Positions 9,872 to 20,188 of a stretch of 64,000 nucleotides of DNA are shown one piece after another. The stretch is taken from assembly GCA_949285835.1 (NCBI GenBank), contig CASEAR010000044.1, positions 3,248 through 67,247 on the forward strand. Reading direction: 5' to 3'. The notes under the pieces were generated by a model that was not told the DNA's origin, did no database searches, and saw nothing but the letters and a program-made list of their open reading frames with translations. The stretch's first letter is position 1. The number at the start of each line of letters is the position of its first letter. The stretch is from an uncultured Verrucomicrobiota bacterium (GTDB lineage Bacteria > Verrucomicrobiota > Kiritimatiellia > RFP12 > UBA3636). The translations under genes and the position numbers were made by a program.

Positions 9872-10294
9872 ATGAAAATTGCGGTTGCGAGTGAGGGCGG
9901 TACTGTGTTTCAGCATTTTGGCAGGACGCCGGAGTTTCTGATGGTCTCGATTTCAGACGCCGGAGAGCCTGTGTTCGAGAATATTTCTTCCGGCGGCGCG
10001 GGACATGGGGCTCTGGTATCTTTCCTTTCGGAACACAAGGTTGACGTGCTTATTTGCGGAGGAATCGGCGGCGGCGCTATGTCTGCTCTTTCTTCTGCCG
10101 GCATAAAGGTGGTTCCCGGAGCGTCCGGAAGCGCAGAGGATGTTGTGAAAGCTTTTCTTAGCGGAGATCTTGAGACGAATCCGGACTACAGGTGCGGGCA
10201 TCATCATGGCGATGGGCATAGCTGCGGACATGATTCGGACGGTGGCGGCTGCGGCGGACATTCCGTCGGGTCCGGATGCGCGGGCGGCTGCTGA
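9872..10294 (+). CDS. NifB/NifX-like dinitrogenase FeMo-cofactor-binding family protein with a His/Cys-rich C-terminal tail
   Basis: MKIAVASEGGTVFQHFGRTPEF...VDVLICGGIGGGA..L...GIKV is the typical Nitro_FeMo-Co fold signature. The C-terminal CGHHHGDGHSCGHDSDGGGCGGHSVGSGCAGGC looks like a metal-binding tail. Confidence 0.6.
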   Translation: MKIAVASEGGTVFQHFGRTPEFLMVSISDAGEPVFENISSGGAGHGALVSFLSEHKVDVLICGGIGGGAMSALSSAGIKVVPGASGSAEDVVKAFLSGDLETNPDYRCGHHHGDGHSCGHDSDGGGCGGHSVGSGCAGGC

Positions 10295-10493
10295 CTCCGG
10301 CGGTGCGGTGCGTTCTTTTCGTAAATCACCGGAGGCGCGGGGCGAATTAAGCGCCGCATCAATCATGGTTCGGCCGGGTCTGTGAGCCCGGCGGATGCTG
10401 GACGGGGGGGAGTGCCGCTGTCCGCATGTGTCAGTATGTTATGTGATTTTTTGTTGTATGTTTATGTGTATTAACAACTTTTCAGGAGACTAG

Positions 10494-11672
10494 ATGAAGC
10501 CGATTCTTTGTGAACAAACGTGGCGTTGGTATGGGCCGTCGGATCCGGTGACGCTTGCAGATATCAGGCAGACCGGAGTGACGGGGATAGTAACCGCACT
10601 GCATCATATACCAAATGGGGAAGTTTGGTCTGTCGACGAAATACTCAAACGGAAGGCGCTCATAGAGGAAGCCGGACTGCGCTGGTCCGTTGTGGAGAGC
10701 GTTCCGGTTCATGAGCACATAAAAACGCGAGAAGGTGAGTTTAAGCGTTACATAGACAATTACAAGCAGTCTGTCCGAAATCTTGGAGCGTGCGGGATAA
10801 AAACTGTTACGTACAACTTCATGCCGGTACTGGACTGGACGAGAACCGATTTGGCTTATGAGATGCCCGACGGCTCGCGCGGATTGCGGTTTGAGAAGGC
10901 GGCTTTCGTTGCTTTTGAGCTGTTCATTTTGAAGCGTCCGGGGGCAGAAAAGCTTTATTCCGACGAAGAGATTTCAAAAGCGCGGGCAAGGTATGAATCG
11001 ATGTCCGAGGATGACCGCAACAGGCTTACCCGCAACATTATCGCCGGACTTCCGGGTTCTGAGGAAAGTTTTACTGTAGAACAGTTTCAAAAGGCTCTCG
11101 ACAGGTACAAGGACGTAGATGCGGATACGCTGCGCTCCAATCTCATTGAGTTCCTGAAAGAGATTTGCCCTGTTGCCGATGAGGCCGGAGTGCGCATGGT
11201 TATACACGCGGATGATCCGCCTTATCCTATTCTCGGACTTCCGCGTATAATGAGCACCGCCGGTGATTTTCAGGCGATCATCGACGCCGTCCCCAACAGA
11301 TCAAACGGGCTGTGCTTCTGCACGGGATCGTTCGGCGTAAGACCGGACAACGACTTGCCCGGCATGATGCGCAGATTCGGAAACAGGATTGATTTTGTGC
11401 ATCTGAGGAGCACTCAGGGAGACAGCGAAGGCAATTTCCACGAAGCCAATCATCTGGAAGGCGATGTGGATATGTACGGCGTTATGAGGGCGCTTCTTGA
11501 GGTGGAACAGGAACGCGGCGTATCCATTGCAGTGCGTCCCGACCATGGGCACCAGATGATAGACGATCTGCGCAAAAAGACAAACCCCGGGTATTCGTGC
11601 ATCGGGCGTATGCGCGGTATTGCGGAGCTGCGCGGTTTGGAAATGGGTATAGCCAAGTCGCTTTTTTCATGA
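10494..11672 (+). CDS. uxuA: mannonate dehydratase
   Basis: 392 aa with N-terminus [33 protein letters not shown] and colinear UxuA similarity. RBS CAGGAGAC precedes the start. Confidence 0.85.
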   Translation: MKPILCEQTWRWYGPSDPVTLADIRQTGVTGIVTALHHIPNGEVWSVDEILKRKALIEEAGLRWSVVESVPVHEHIKTREGEFKRYIDNYKQSVRNLGACGIKTVTYNFMPVLDWTRTDLAYEMPDGSRGLRFEKAAFVAFELFILKRPGAEKLYSDEEISKARARYESMSEDDRNRLTRNIIAGLPGSEESFTVEQFQKALDRYKDVDADTLRSNLIEFLKEICPVADEAGVRMVIHADDPPYPILGLPRIMSTAGDFQAIIDAVPNRSNGLCFCTGSFGVRPDNDLPGMMRRFGNRIDFVHLRSTQGDSEGNFHEANHLEGDVDMYGVMRALLEVEQERGVSIAVRPDHGHQMIDDLRKKTNPGYSCIGRMRGIAELRGLEMGIAKSLFS

Positions 11673-11697
11673 CACGGTCTCCTTCCGGAGGTGCGTA

Positions 11698-12429
11698 TTG
11701 AGATTTGATCTGCATATTCATTCATGTTTGTCTCCATGTGCGTCTTTGGACATGGCGCCTTCTGCCATTGCGCAGAGGGCTGTGGACATGGGGCTGGATG
11801 CGGTAGCCGTCACGGATCACAACAGCGCAAAGAACGCCCCGGCATTCAATGAATGCTGCGGGCGTCTGGGGCTCAAGGTCCTGTTTGGAATGGAGATATG
11901 CACTTCCGAGGAGTTCCACGTGCTTTCACTGTTCGATACGGTAGAACAGGCCCTGAATATGACGGACTGGGTGTACGATGCGCTGATAAAGCGCGTCAAC
12001 CAGCCGGAAGTATTCGGAGATCAGCCGGTCGTCAATGCGGATGATGAAATAGAGGAACTGGAATGGAGAATGCTCGGAACCCCGACAAAACGCGATGTTT
12101 ATCAGGTGGGCAGGCGAGTGAAGGAACTGGACGGGCTTTTTATTGCGTGCCATGTCGACAGATCCACTTCCAGCATCTTTTCACAGCTTGGCGCCCCGGC
12201 GGGAGATGAGGGGTTTGATGCCATGGAGCTGAGCCGCACCGCGGATGAAACGGTGTGGCGCGGCAAACTGTCAGGCGCGGCGTGTGTAAGATCTTCCGAT
12301 GCGCACAATATAGAGGATCTGGGAGTGGTCTGGACGGAGACAGACTCGGAAGATTTCTCCGTGGAAGGCTTGAGAAAAGTATTTAGAACGGGAAATTTAC
12401 GGCTGTCTCCCCCGTTGAGATTTTTTTGA
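11698..12429 (+). CDS. PHP-domain (polymerase/histidinol phosphatase-like) phosphoesterase
   Basis: N-terminal FDLHIHSCLS..DHN PHP metal-binding motifs. GTG start. Confidence 0.6.
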   Translation: MRFDLHIHSCLSPCASLDMAPSAIAQRAVDMGLDAVAVTDHNSAKNAPAFNECCGRLGLKVLFGMEICTSEEFHVLSLFDTVEQALNMTDWVYDALIKRVNQPEVFGDQPVVNADDEIEELEWRMLGTPTKRDVYQVGRRVKELDGLFIACHVDRSTSSIFSQLGAPAGDEGFDAMELSRTADETVWRGKLSGAACVRSSDAHNIEDLGVVWTETDSEDFSVEGLRKVFRTGNLRLSPPLRFF

Positions 12430-12829
12430 CGTCTGCGGGAGTATCAGCTGCTTGCGCAGCTCAAGCAATGAACATGGCGGCGAGGGAAGGGTCTTTCGTC
12501 CATTGTGATGGGGGCGCGCGGAGGACGCAGTTGTCCGTGCGGCGGCATCAGGATGCTTACTGCTGACGTGCGCGACAGGTTCCCGCGGTGCGGGGCCTGC
12601 GGGGGCGGATGGGTCTTCTCTTCAGGCCGTTTGTCTGACATGCTGCAAGGGTCGCTGAGCAATCAGAGACTTCTTTTGCTGCGGCGGGGTGCAGTGTGTG
12701 ATTTTATTCCGTTCAAAATGAGCCGGATTTGCGGCTCTTTCCTGCGGCCGGGCCGGGTCTCGGTGTTTTTGCTACACAATAGTGCTCCCCGGTGATATGA
12801 TTCCGGGATTCAATTTCAGGAGGAACAGG

Positions 12830-14038
12830 ATGCTATATCTTCTGCAGTATATGTCCAATGCGTACGGTCCGTTTCGCATGGCGGGGTCACATTTGATTTT
12901 GCTCTGCATGGGGACGTTGTTGTCTGCTTGTCTTGTTTTTTATTTTCTCCCGCGTTTATGGGACCGGCTGCCCAGGGATCGGGGGAAATCGCTCACTCCG
13001 GATGGAGATCGTTCCAAGGGGAAACCCACAGGCGCCGGCATAATTCTTTTTGTTCTGATATTGCCCGTTTTGTTTCTTGTCCTTCCAATTATTCCTTCCG
13101 GAGTTGAGACTGCCGGCGGAGCTGCAAGCCTTTCTGCAATTTTTTCAACGGTAAAGGACTATATTGTACACCATGAGAAGTGGTTTCTGCTGATAAACAG
13201 GCAGTGGATGATAGTGCTGTGCATGGTATTTGCGATGTATGTGGGTTTCCTGGATGACAAAGCAAGCACGGCCTGGAACAGGCGCAGGAAGCTTTTTTTT
13301 GATGTTTTAATATCGGTCGTTGCCGCAATGGTTCTGTGCAGGTTCCAGTCGATGGAATTATGGCTTCCGTTTTTCAAAGGCACATTTGTAGTTTCGTGGT
13401 GGCAGTATGTGGCCATAGGCACCATCGTGATGATAATCACCGTGAATTCCACAAATTGTTCCGATGGTGTGGACGGGCTGGCCGGGTCTCTGACTCTGGT
13501 GTCGCTTTCTGCCATGGGTGCGATCCTGTATGGGGTGGTTGGACATGAGGTGGTGGCAAATTATCTCTTGATTCCCCACACTCCGGACGGCGCCCGCTGG
13601 GCCATTTTATGCGGCGTGGTTTCAGGGGCTCTTGCCGGATACCTGTGGTATAATGCCGAGCCGAGTTCCGTGCTCATGGGGGACGCGGGATCTCGCCCTC
13701 TGGGTTTGCTTGTCGGAGTGATGGTTATGGCGTCTGGAAACCCTTTTCTGGTTTTTGTTGTTGCGCCGATTGTCGTAATAAACGGAGGAACTGGTATTCT
13801 CAAGCTTTTGATGCTTAAGCTGTTCGCAAAAATGGGGTTTGATATAAGCAAAGATAGTGCAGGCGCGGGCGGAAAGAAGAAGTCAGACATAGTGAGAATC
13901 GCCAACAAGATTCGTTTCCCGCTTCATGACCACTTCAGGCAGAAGGGATGGTCGAGGTCGCAGATTCTCGTCAGATTCATGCTCGTGCAGATGCTTGTTA
14001 TGCCCCTTTTGATACTGTTTGTTTTGAAAGTCCGCTGA
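12830..14038 (+). CDS. phospho-N-acetylmuramoyl-pentapeptide transferase-like glycosyltransferase family 4 protein (MraY/WecA family) with an internal insertion
   Basis: KGKPTGAGIILFV (MraY-like) and the NSTNCSDGVDGLAG active-site motif. AGGAGG RBS lies 6 nt upstream of the ATG at 12830. It is not embedded in a mur/fts cluster. Confidence 0.7.
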   Translation: MLYLLQYMSNAYGPFRMAGSHLILLCMGTLLSACLVFYFLPRLWDRLPRDRGKSLTPDGDRSKGKPTGAGIILFVLILPVLFLVLPIIPSGVETAGGAASLSAIFSTVKDYIVHHEKWFLLINRQWMIVLCMVFAMYVGFLDDKASTAWNRRRKLFFDVLISVVAAMVLCRFQSMELWLPFFKGTFVVSWWQYVAIGTIVMIITVNSTNCSDGVDGLAGSLTLVSLSAMGAILYGVVGHEVVANYLLIPHTPDGARWAILCGVVSGALAGYLWYNAEPSSVLMGDAGSRPLGLLVGVMVMASGNPFLVFVVAPIVVINGGTGILKLLMLKLFAKMGFDISKDSAGAGGKKKSDIVRIANKIRFPLHDHFRQKGWSRSQILVRFMLVQMLVMPLLILFVLKVR

Positions 14039-14219
14039 GCGGTGTCAGCCGGGGCTTGCAGGTTCCGCCGGGGGCATAACGTCTTCGTACTACACTCAAT
14101 TTATTGATGGACAATGCTGTTCGGAAAAGGTAGTATTACCGCGTTTGTGGGTGTTCCTGTATGAGGTTCTTTTCCCTGACTGGAGGTGTGCCGTAGAAAA
14201 CCAGCAAGACAGACTCAGA

Positions 14220-15230
14220 GTGGTGTTTATGGGCGCACATGATTTGTCGTGTGCCTTCCTGAAGGCTTTGGCGGGAGCTCCGGATATGGATGTCGTGTCG
14301 GTCGTGACGCGGCCGGATCGGAGAAAAGGCCGTAATATGCAGCTTTTGCCGGGGCCGGTGAAGAGCTTGGCAATGGATCTCCGCATACCTTTTTTTACAC
14401 CGGAGAAAGTAAACGCGGAAGACTCTGTCGGCTACATCTGCGGACTTCGGCCGGATGTGATTGTCGTCATGGCGTACGGTCAGTTTTTGAAAGAGCGGCT
14501 TTTGTTTTCTGCCGCTCCTCTCGGATGCGTTAATCTGCACATGTCGCTGCTCCCGAAGCGCAGGGGCGCGTGTCCGCTGGAACGCGGAATAATGGCGGGC
14601 GATTCGGAGACTGGCGTAACCGCAATGATGATGGACATGGGGATGGATACCGGTGATATTCTGGGTGCCGTCCGCACGCCGATTCTGCCGTCTGACACGC
14701 TGGGTACTCTGAGGCAGAAGCTCGCGCCGGAAGGCGCTGATCTGATGCTTAGGGTGCTGAGGAGCCTTCGAGACGGCACCGCGGTCCGGACTCCGCAGGA
14801 CGATTCACAAGCCACTTATGCGTACGAGGTTAAACGTCAGGAGTCTCTTATAGAATGGACGCGTTCTGCGGACGAGATAGAGCGGCAGATAAGAGCACTC
14901 AATCCTGCTCCGTGCTGTCAGACGTTTCTTCCGCCGATGCCGGGAGCGCCACCTTCGGCGCCTGGGATGCTGCTCAAGGTTTATGAGGCCGGCGTTGAAC
15001 AGAGACCTGCGGATTGTCCACCTGATATCTTGCCGGGCACAGTGATTTCCATGAAAAAAGGTCCGCTTGTGGCTACCGGAAACGGCGGTGCACTGCGGTT
15101 GCTTCTTGTTCGTCCCGAGGGCAGACAGAATATCATGAAGGGCTCTGATTTCTCCAACGGGTACAGCAAAAAAGTTCCTCCTGGCTCCAGACTGTACATC
15201 GGTATTTCGCCGCTGTTCCGGCAGCCGTGA
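14220..15230 (+). CDS. fmt: methionyl-tRNA formyltransferase
   Basis: RVVFMGAHD..NLHMSLLPKRRGACPLERGIMAGDSETGVT formyltransferase core plus the C-terminal domain. The start is either GTG 14220 or ATG 14229. The ORF-track TTG at 14145 is probably too far upstream. Confidence 0.85.
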   Translation: MVFMGAHDLSCAFLKALAGAPDMDVVSVVTRPDRRKGRNMQLLPGPVKSLAMDLRIPFFTPEKVNAEDSVGYICGLRPDVIVVMAYGQFLKERLLFSAAPLGCVNLHMSLLPKRRGACPLERGIMAGDSETGVTAMMMDMGMDTGDILGAVRTPILPSDTLGTLRQKLAPEGADLMLRVLRSLRDGTAVRTPQDDSQATYAYEVKRQESLIEWTRSADEIERQIRALNPAPCCQTFLPPMPGAPPSAPGMLLKVYEAGVEQRPADCPPDILPGTVISMKKGPLVATGNGGALRLLLVRPEGRQNIMKGSDFSNGYSKKVPPGSRLYIGISPLFRQP

Positions 15231-15386
15231 TGCCTCTGCGGCCGCGGCGGCCGGGTTTTGCCGCGTGGCAGTGCGGCTGGTGTGCGCCGCCGGGTATAAA
15301 TGCGCGGCGCATGGTGCGCGCCGGGCCCCGGCGTTCTTCATTATGTGCTTTTATTTGCAGGTGTACTTTGGTACCATAGCGAACTC

Positions 15387-16079
15387 ATGAGTGCTGACAG
15401 AAAATTTGATTTCCACTATGCGGTTGAGAACACCTTCATCATTCTTGCGCCTTCGGGACAGCTTGAGACGTTCGGCAACACGATTGTCAACTACAGCCTT
15501 GTTTCCGAGTCAATGGATGAGGTGGGGGTTTGCCGCATCAGAACCGGGCGCATGCAGCTTCTCAAGCCGCAGATTATTGCTCCGTCGGACTATTCCAAGA
15601 TGCTCCTTGAAGGGTTTGGCGAGGAGGCTCAGCGTTATGTTGAGTGGCTCGAGAAGCATAACGACGACATTCATATTCTGCGTTACGGCTATACGCTGAA
15701 GCAGGAGGCTTTCTCTGAGGAGACGGTGACCGGCGATTTCCGGGAAGTTCTGGAGCGTGTAAAGAAGGATGTTGAGGAGAAGAAAGATCCGTACAGGGCT
15801 GTCGTGGCAGGCGTGGATTCCCCGTGGGACGTGTGCCTTGTGAAATTGTTCTGGGTGATGGTGCGCCAGTCCGCCAAGAAGAATATCATGGACATGGCGA
15901 AGAAACACATGTTCGACAAGAGGGCTGCGATTTCTCCGGAGGTGCACGAGGAGATAGAGAGAGCTTTCGCTGCGGCTGGAAAAGATCCGTCTCTTGTGAA
16001 AGATCTCGGCGCTCTGCTTCAAAGACACAAGGTGTTTCCTATGTACGAGGATCGCTTTTTCTCTCTAATAGGCCACTGA
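15387..16079 (+). CDS. conserved hypothetical protein
   Basis: 230 aa with coding-like composition. ATG at 15387. I recognise no family. Confidence 0.45.
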   Translation: MSADRKFDFHYAVENTFIILAPSGQLETFGNTIVNYSLVSESMDEVGVCRIRTGRMQLLKPQIIAPSDYSKMLLEGFGEEAQRYVEWLEKHNDDIHILRYGYTLKQEAFSEETVTGDFREVLERVKKDVEEKKDPYRAVVAGVDSPWDVCLVKLFWVMVRQSAKKNIMDMAKKHMFDKRAAISPEVHEEIERAFAAAGKDPSLVKDLGALLQRHKVFPMYEDRFFSLIGH

Positions 16080-16118
16080 TTGCTGCTGTTTTGCGGATAC
16101 TTTACAGGATGACGTATC

Positions 16119-17414
16119 ATGAAAATGACTATTACAGAAAAAATACTTGCCCGCGCGGCTGGACTTGATTGTGTAAAACCCGGTGACAACATATGGGTCA
16201 ATGTGGATGTGCTGCTTACTCATGATGTATGCGGTCCGGGCACAATCGGCATTTTTCACAGAGAGTTCGGAAAAGACGCCAAGGTCTTCAGTAAGGAAGG
16301 CGTCGTAATAATTCCGGATCACTATATTTTTACGGCGGATGAAAAGGCGCACAGAAACGTTGATATTCTGCGCGAATTTGTAAAAGCGCAGGGATTGCCG
16401 TATTTTTACGAGCCGGGAACGCCTTCATACTGCGGAGTTTGTCATCTCGGACTGCCTCAGCATGGGCATGTAAGGCCCGGAGAAGTCATAATTGGCACGG
16501 ATTCGCACACCTGCAGTCACGGGGCGCTGGGTGCATTCTCCACGGGGGTGGGGAATACGGACGCGGGTTTCGTTATGGGAACCGGGAAGATGCTGGTCAA
16601 GGTACCTGAAACTATACGGTTTGTGCTTAACGGACGGAAGCCGGATTACATATCTGCAAAAGATATGATTCTTCGCATTATAGGTGATATCGGCGTCGAC
16701 GGGGCAATGTATTGCGCTATGGAGTTCACCGGAGATGCGGTCAGGGATTTGTCGATAGACGAACGCATTACCATTTGCAACATGGCGGTTGAGGCCGGGG
16801 CCAAAAACGGTATCATTCCTCCTGACGAAAAAACTTTCGAATATGTGCGGTCGCGTACGGACAAGGCGTTTGTCCCGGTTTACGGTGATGACGGCGCGCC
16901 TGTCATGAAGGAGTATGTGTACGACGTTTCGGAGTTTGTTCCCTGCGTCGCTAAACCGCATATACCGAGCAACTATGCGGCGGCGCGCGATTGTTCGGAC
17001 GTGGTCATTGATCGTGCGTACATAGGCTCGTGTACCGGCGGCAAACTTGACGATATGATCATGGCTGCCAGTGTTCTGGCCGGCCGCAAGGTCAAGGCGG
17101 AGACATTGATTGTCCCTGCGACTATGGAGATCGCTGATGCAATGAAAACAGTGAAAATCGGCGGGAAGAGCCTTGTGGATATATTTGAAGCCGCGGGATG
17201 CGCCCCGATTCCGCCTCCGTCATGTGCAGCCTGCCTCGGCGGTCCGGTTGATACATTCGGCCGTACGCATGGTTCAGAGGTTGTCATTTCTACGACGAAC
17301 CGCAACTTTATCGGACGTATGGGCTCCAAAAATGCACCCATATATCTCGCTTCTCCGCTGACAGCTGCGGCTTCGGCTGTAACCGGCCGCATAACCGATC
17401 CGAGAGACATCTGA
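16119..17414 (+). CDS. leuC: 3-isopropylmalate / (R)-citramalate / homoaconitate dehydratase large subunit (short archaeal-type LeuC)
   Basis: 431 aa aconitase-family large subunit with Cys ligands (CSHGALG, GSCTGGK). A small-subunit gene follows. Confidence 0.85.
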   Translation: MKMTITEKILARAAGLDCVKPGDNIWVNVDVLLTHDVCGPGTIGIFHREFGKDAKVFSKEGVVIIPDHYIFTADEKAHRNVDILREFVKAQGLPYFYEPGTPSYCGVCHLGLPQHGHVRPGEVIIGTDSHTCSHGALGAFSTGVGNTDAGFVMGTGKMLVKVPETIRFVLNGRKPDYISAKDMILRIIGDIGVDGAMYCAMEFTGDAVRDLSIDERITICNMAVEAGAKNGIIPPDEKTFEYVRSRTDKAFVPVYGDDGAPVMKEYVYDVSEFVPCVAKPHIPSNYAAARDCSDVVIDRAYIGSCTGGKLDDMIMAASVLAGRKVKAETLIVPATMEIADAMKTVKIGGKSLVDIFEAAGCAPIPPPSCAACLGGPVDTFGRTHGSEVVISTTNRNFIGRMGSKNAPIYLASPLTAAASAVTGRITDPRDI

Positions 17415-17439
17415 AAATCACAAAAATGGTTTTATCATT

Positions 17440-17976
17440 ATGAAAATAAAGGCAAAGGTATACGTACTGGGGGATAATATAGATACGGATCAAATAATTC
17501 CGGCTCAATATCTCAATCTTGTACCTACGATAAAGTCAGAGTATGACAAACTGGGGTCCTACGCTATGGCAGGGCTCCCGGAGACGGCGATCCCGTTTGT
17601 TGACAGCGCGACGGGGAAATCTCCGTACGGCATAATGATTGCTGGGCGCAATTTTGGCTGCGGATCGTCGCGTGAGCATGCCCCGGTGGCTCTTGGCGCT
17701 GCCGGGTGCAAGGCTGTGATCGCAGAGTCGTATGCGCGTATTTTCTTCAGAAATTCGGTTGCGACGGGAGAGGTGTATCCGTTTGAGACGCCGGTTTCGC
17801 TTGTTTCAGAATTTAAAACCGGGGATGAGGCCGAGCTGGATGTCGGTTCTGGCACTCTCATGCGTCTGTCTGATGGCAAGGTCTTCCCGTTGAAGAGTTT
17901 AGGCGCCGTTGCTCCTGTCGTGGAGGCGGGCGGGATGTTCGGGTATGCCAGAAAAGTTGGAATGATAAAATCCTGA
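17440..17976 (+). CDS. leuD: 3-isopropylmalate dehydratase small subunit (LeuD-like)
   Basis: 178 aa aconitase swivel-domain protein (YVLGDNIDTDQIIPA, GCGSSREHAP). Confidence 0.85.
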   Translation: MKIKAKVYVLGDNIDTDQIIPAQYLNLVPTIKSEYDKLGSYAMAGLPETAIPFVDSATGKSPYGIMIAGRNFGCGSSREHAPVALGAAGCKAVIAESYARIFFRNSVATGEVYPFETPVSLVSEFKTGDEAELDVGSGTLMRLSDGKVFPLKSLGAVAPVVEAGGMFGYARKVGMIKS

Positions 17977-17999
17977 TTTTACGGAACGTCTCTCATTAC

Positions 18000-18797
18000 A
18001 TGTCTACAAATATTGTTTCCATTGCAAATCAAAAGGGTGGAGTCGGCAAGACGACGACCGTTGTCAATTTGGCCGCCGTTCTGGCGGACATGGGGAGGAC
18101 GGTTCTTGTTGTCGATCTGGATCCGCAGGCGAATGCAACCTCGGGACTCGGGGTCGAGCCGCGCAGCGGTGTGAGCATATACTCCGCCGTATCCGGAAAT
18201 GAAGACATCGCTGATATTATTTCCGGAACGGCATTTGAGCGAGTCAACGTTGTGCCGTCGGAAGTGAATCTTGCGGGTGCGGAAGTGGAGCTCGCGCGGA
18301 TGGCGGATCATCTGCACTGGCTGGACGGTGTACTTGCCAAGGTTGTGGAATCTGAAGTCTTCGACTACATTTTGATAGACTGTCCGCCGTCGCTTGGTGT
18401 TTTGATGTCGAATGCATTGGCAGCATCAGATTCCGTGATCGTTCCGATGCAGTGCGAATATTATGCGATGGAAGGCCTGAGCATTATAACGAATCTTGTG
18501 AACCGGATCAAAAATTCAGGAGCTAATCCCAGGCTTGATATCGAGGGCATCGTGATGACAATGTTTACGAGAACGCGCCTATCGGAGGACGTTGTTGGAC
18601 AGGTGCGCGAACATTACCCTGATGTTGTTTACTCTACAATGATCCCGAGAAGTGTCAGGGCCGGAGAGGCTCCGAGCTACGGGATGCCGGTCGTCGAGTA
18701 TGCGCCTTCGTCGCCGGTTGCTGCGGCGTATCGTGATCTCGGGAAAGAGTTTTTGAAAAGACATAAAGCTTTTTTGAAGGAAAGACGGCGCAGATAG
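18000..18797 (+). CDS. parA: ParA/Soj-family P-loop ATPase
   Basis: Deviant Walker A KGGVGKTTT with DLDPQANAT. 265 aa. No parB gene follows. Confidence 0.85.
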   Translation: MSTNIVSIANQKGGVGKTTTVVNLAAVLADMGRTVLVVDLDPQANATSGLGVEPRSGVSIYSAVSGNEDIADIISGTAFERVNVVPSEVNLAGAEVELARMADHLHWLDGVLAKVVESEVFDYILIDCPPSLGVLMSNALAASDSVIVPMQCEYYAMEGLSIITNLVNRIKNSGANPRLDIEGIVMTMFTRTRLSEDVVGQVREHYPDVVYSTMIPRSVRAGEAPSYGMPVVEYAPSSPVAAAYRDLGKEFLKRHKAFLKERRRR

Positions 18798-18811
18798 TAT
18801 CGGAGATTGTG

Positions 18812-20188
18812 ATGTCGGGCACACAGAGTCGAAAACGTTCGCGATGGTCCAGTCAGATCGCTTTTATGCTTGCCGCTGCTGCGTCAGCTGTCGGCCTCGG
18901 CAACATATGGCGGTTCCCGTATCTTGCCGCCAAGCATGGCGGGGGAATTTTCCTGTTTGTATACTTGATTCTAGTTGTCACTTTCGGGTTTTCTCTTATG
19001 ATAGGCGAGGTCGCTCTGGGGCGGATGACAGGTCTCAGTCCGATAGAGGCGTTTCGCAAGCTCAAATCGCGATACGTATTCATAGGGTGGATACTCACTG
19101 CGATTCCGCTCATAATAACTCCATATTATTGCGTGATAGGGGGGTGGGTAACGAAGTACCTGCATCAGTATGTGCTGCTGATGTCGGGAAGCGAGGGCGT
19201 TGATACCGGGTTGTTTGTTTCCAATCCGGCTGCATATTTCGAAGGATTTATCGGAGGAGCGCCCGGTCCGATACTTCTGTATTCTGTCGTTTTTATCTTT
19301 TGCGTCTATGGTATCGTGCTCCTCGGCGTGCAGAAGGGTATAGAGATGAGCAACAAGATAATAATGCCTCTTTTGATTTTGATGTCTATTGCTCTGTGCA
19401 TTTATACTGTCACACTCCCCGGTGCAATGGATGGAATCAAATACTACCTTCTTCCTGACTTCTCGAAATTTTCATACAAGACGGTCGTTGGGGCGATGGG
19501 GCAGATGTTTTATTCTCTGTCTTTGTCCATGGGGATAATGATAACCTACGGCTCGTATATGCGCCCGGAGGACGATCTGGAGGGAAGTGTGCGGAGAATC
19601 GAGATCTTTGACACGGCGGTTTCGTTCCTCGCCGGGTTCATGATTATTCCCGCGGTTGTAATCTTTTTTGGAGCGGACAAGATTAACGCCGGTCCGGGGC
19701 TGATGTTTGAGACGCTTCCGAACATATTCAACAAGATGCCGTTTGCGGTCGGCGCTCTTTTTTTCCTGCTTGTGCTGTTTGCGGCTTTGACTTCGGCCAT
19801 ATCTCTTGCGGAAACATGCGTTGCATCACTGCATGATATTTTCAAACTTGAACGTCACGTTGCGTGTGCCATAATGTTTGTTTTTACGGTAATGATGGCG
19901 ATCCCGAGCGCGCTGGGGTACGGGGTGTGGAGCTCTGTGAAAGTCTGCGGCATGGCGTTTCTGGACTTTTTTGATTTTGTCTCCAATAACGTCATGATGC
20001 CGATAAGCGCGCTTCTTACATGCTTGTTCATCGGATGGGTCATAAAACCGGATGTCGTAGAAAAGGAAGTCACGCGCTGCGGCGGCCGGTTCAGCGGTAA
20101 ATGGCTTTTTGTCGTGATGACAAAATATGTAGCGCCGGCACTGATAGTTGTGATTTTCATAACTTTCGCATTTCGTTTCAAGATATGA
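18812..20188 (+). CDS. sodium-dependent transporter, neurotransmitter:sodium symporter (NSS/SNF) family
   Basis: N-terminal signature GLGNIWRFPY and 11-12 TM segments. The start lies 12-15 bp after the parA stop. Confidence 0.85.
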   Translation: MSGTQSRKRSRWSSQIAFMLAAAASAVGLGNIWRFPYLAAKHGGGIFLFVYLILVVTFGFSLMIGEVALGRMTGLSPIEAFRKLKSRYVFIGWILTAIPLIITPYYCVIGGWVTKYLHQYVLLMSGSEGVDTGLFVSNPAAYFEGFIGGAPGPILLYSVVFIFCVYGIVLLGVQKGIEMSNKIIMPLLILMSIALCIYTVTLPGAMDGIKYYLLPDFSKFSYKTVVGAMGQMFYSLSLSMGIMITYGSYMRPEDDLEGSVRRIEIFDTAVSFLAGFMIIPAVVIFFGADKINAGPGLMFETLPNIFNKMPFAVGALFFLLVLFAALTSAISLAETCVASLHDIFKLERHVACAIMFVFTVMMAIPSALGYGVWSSVKVCGMAFLDFFDFVSNNVMMPISALLTCLFIGWVIKPDVVEKEVTRCGGRFSGKWLFVVMTKYVAPALIVVIFITFAFRFKI

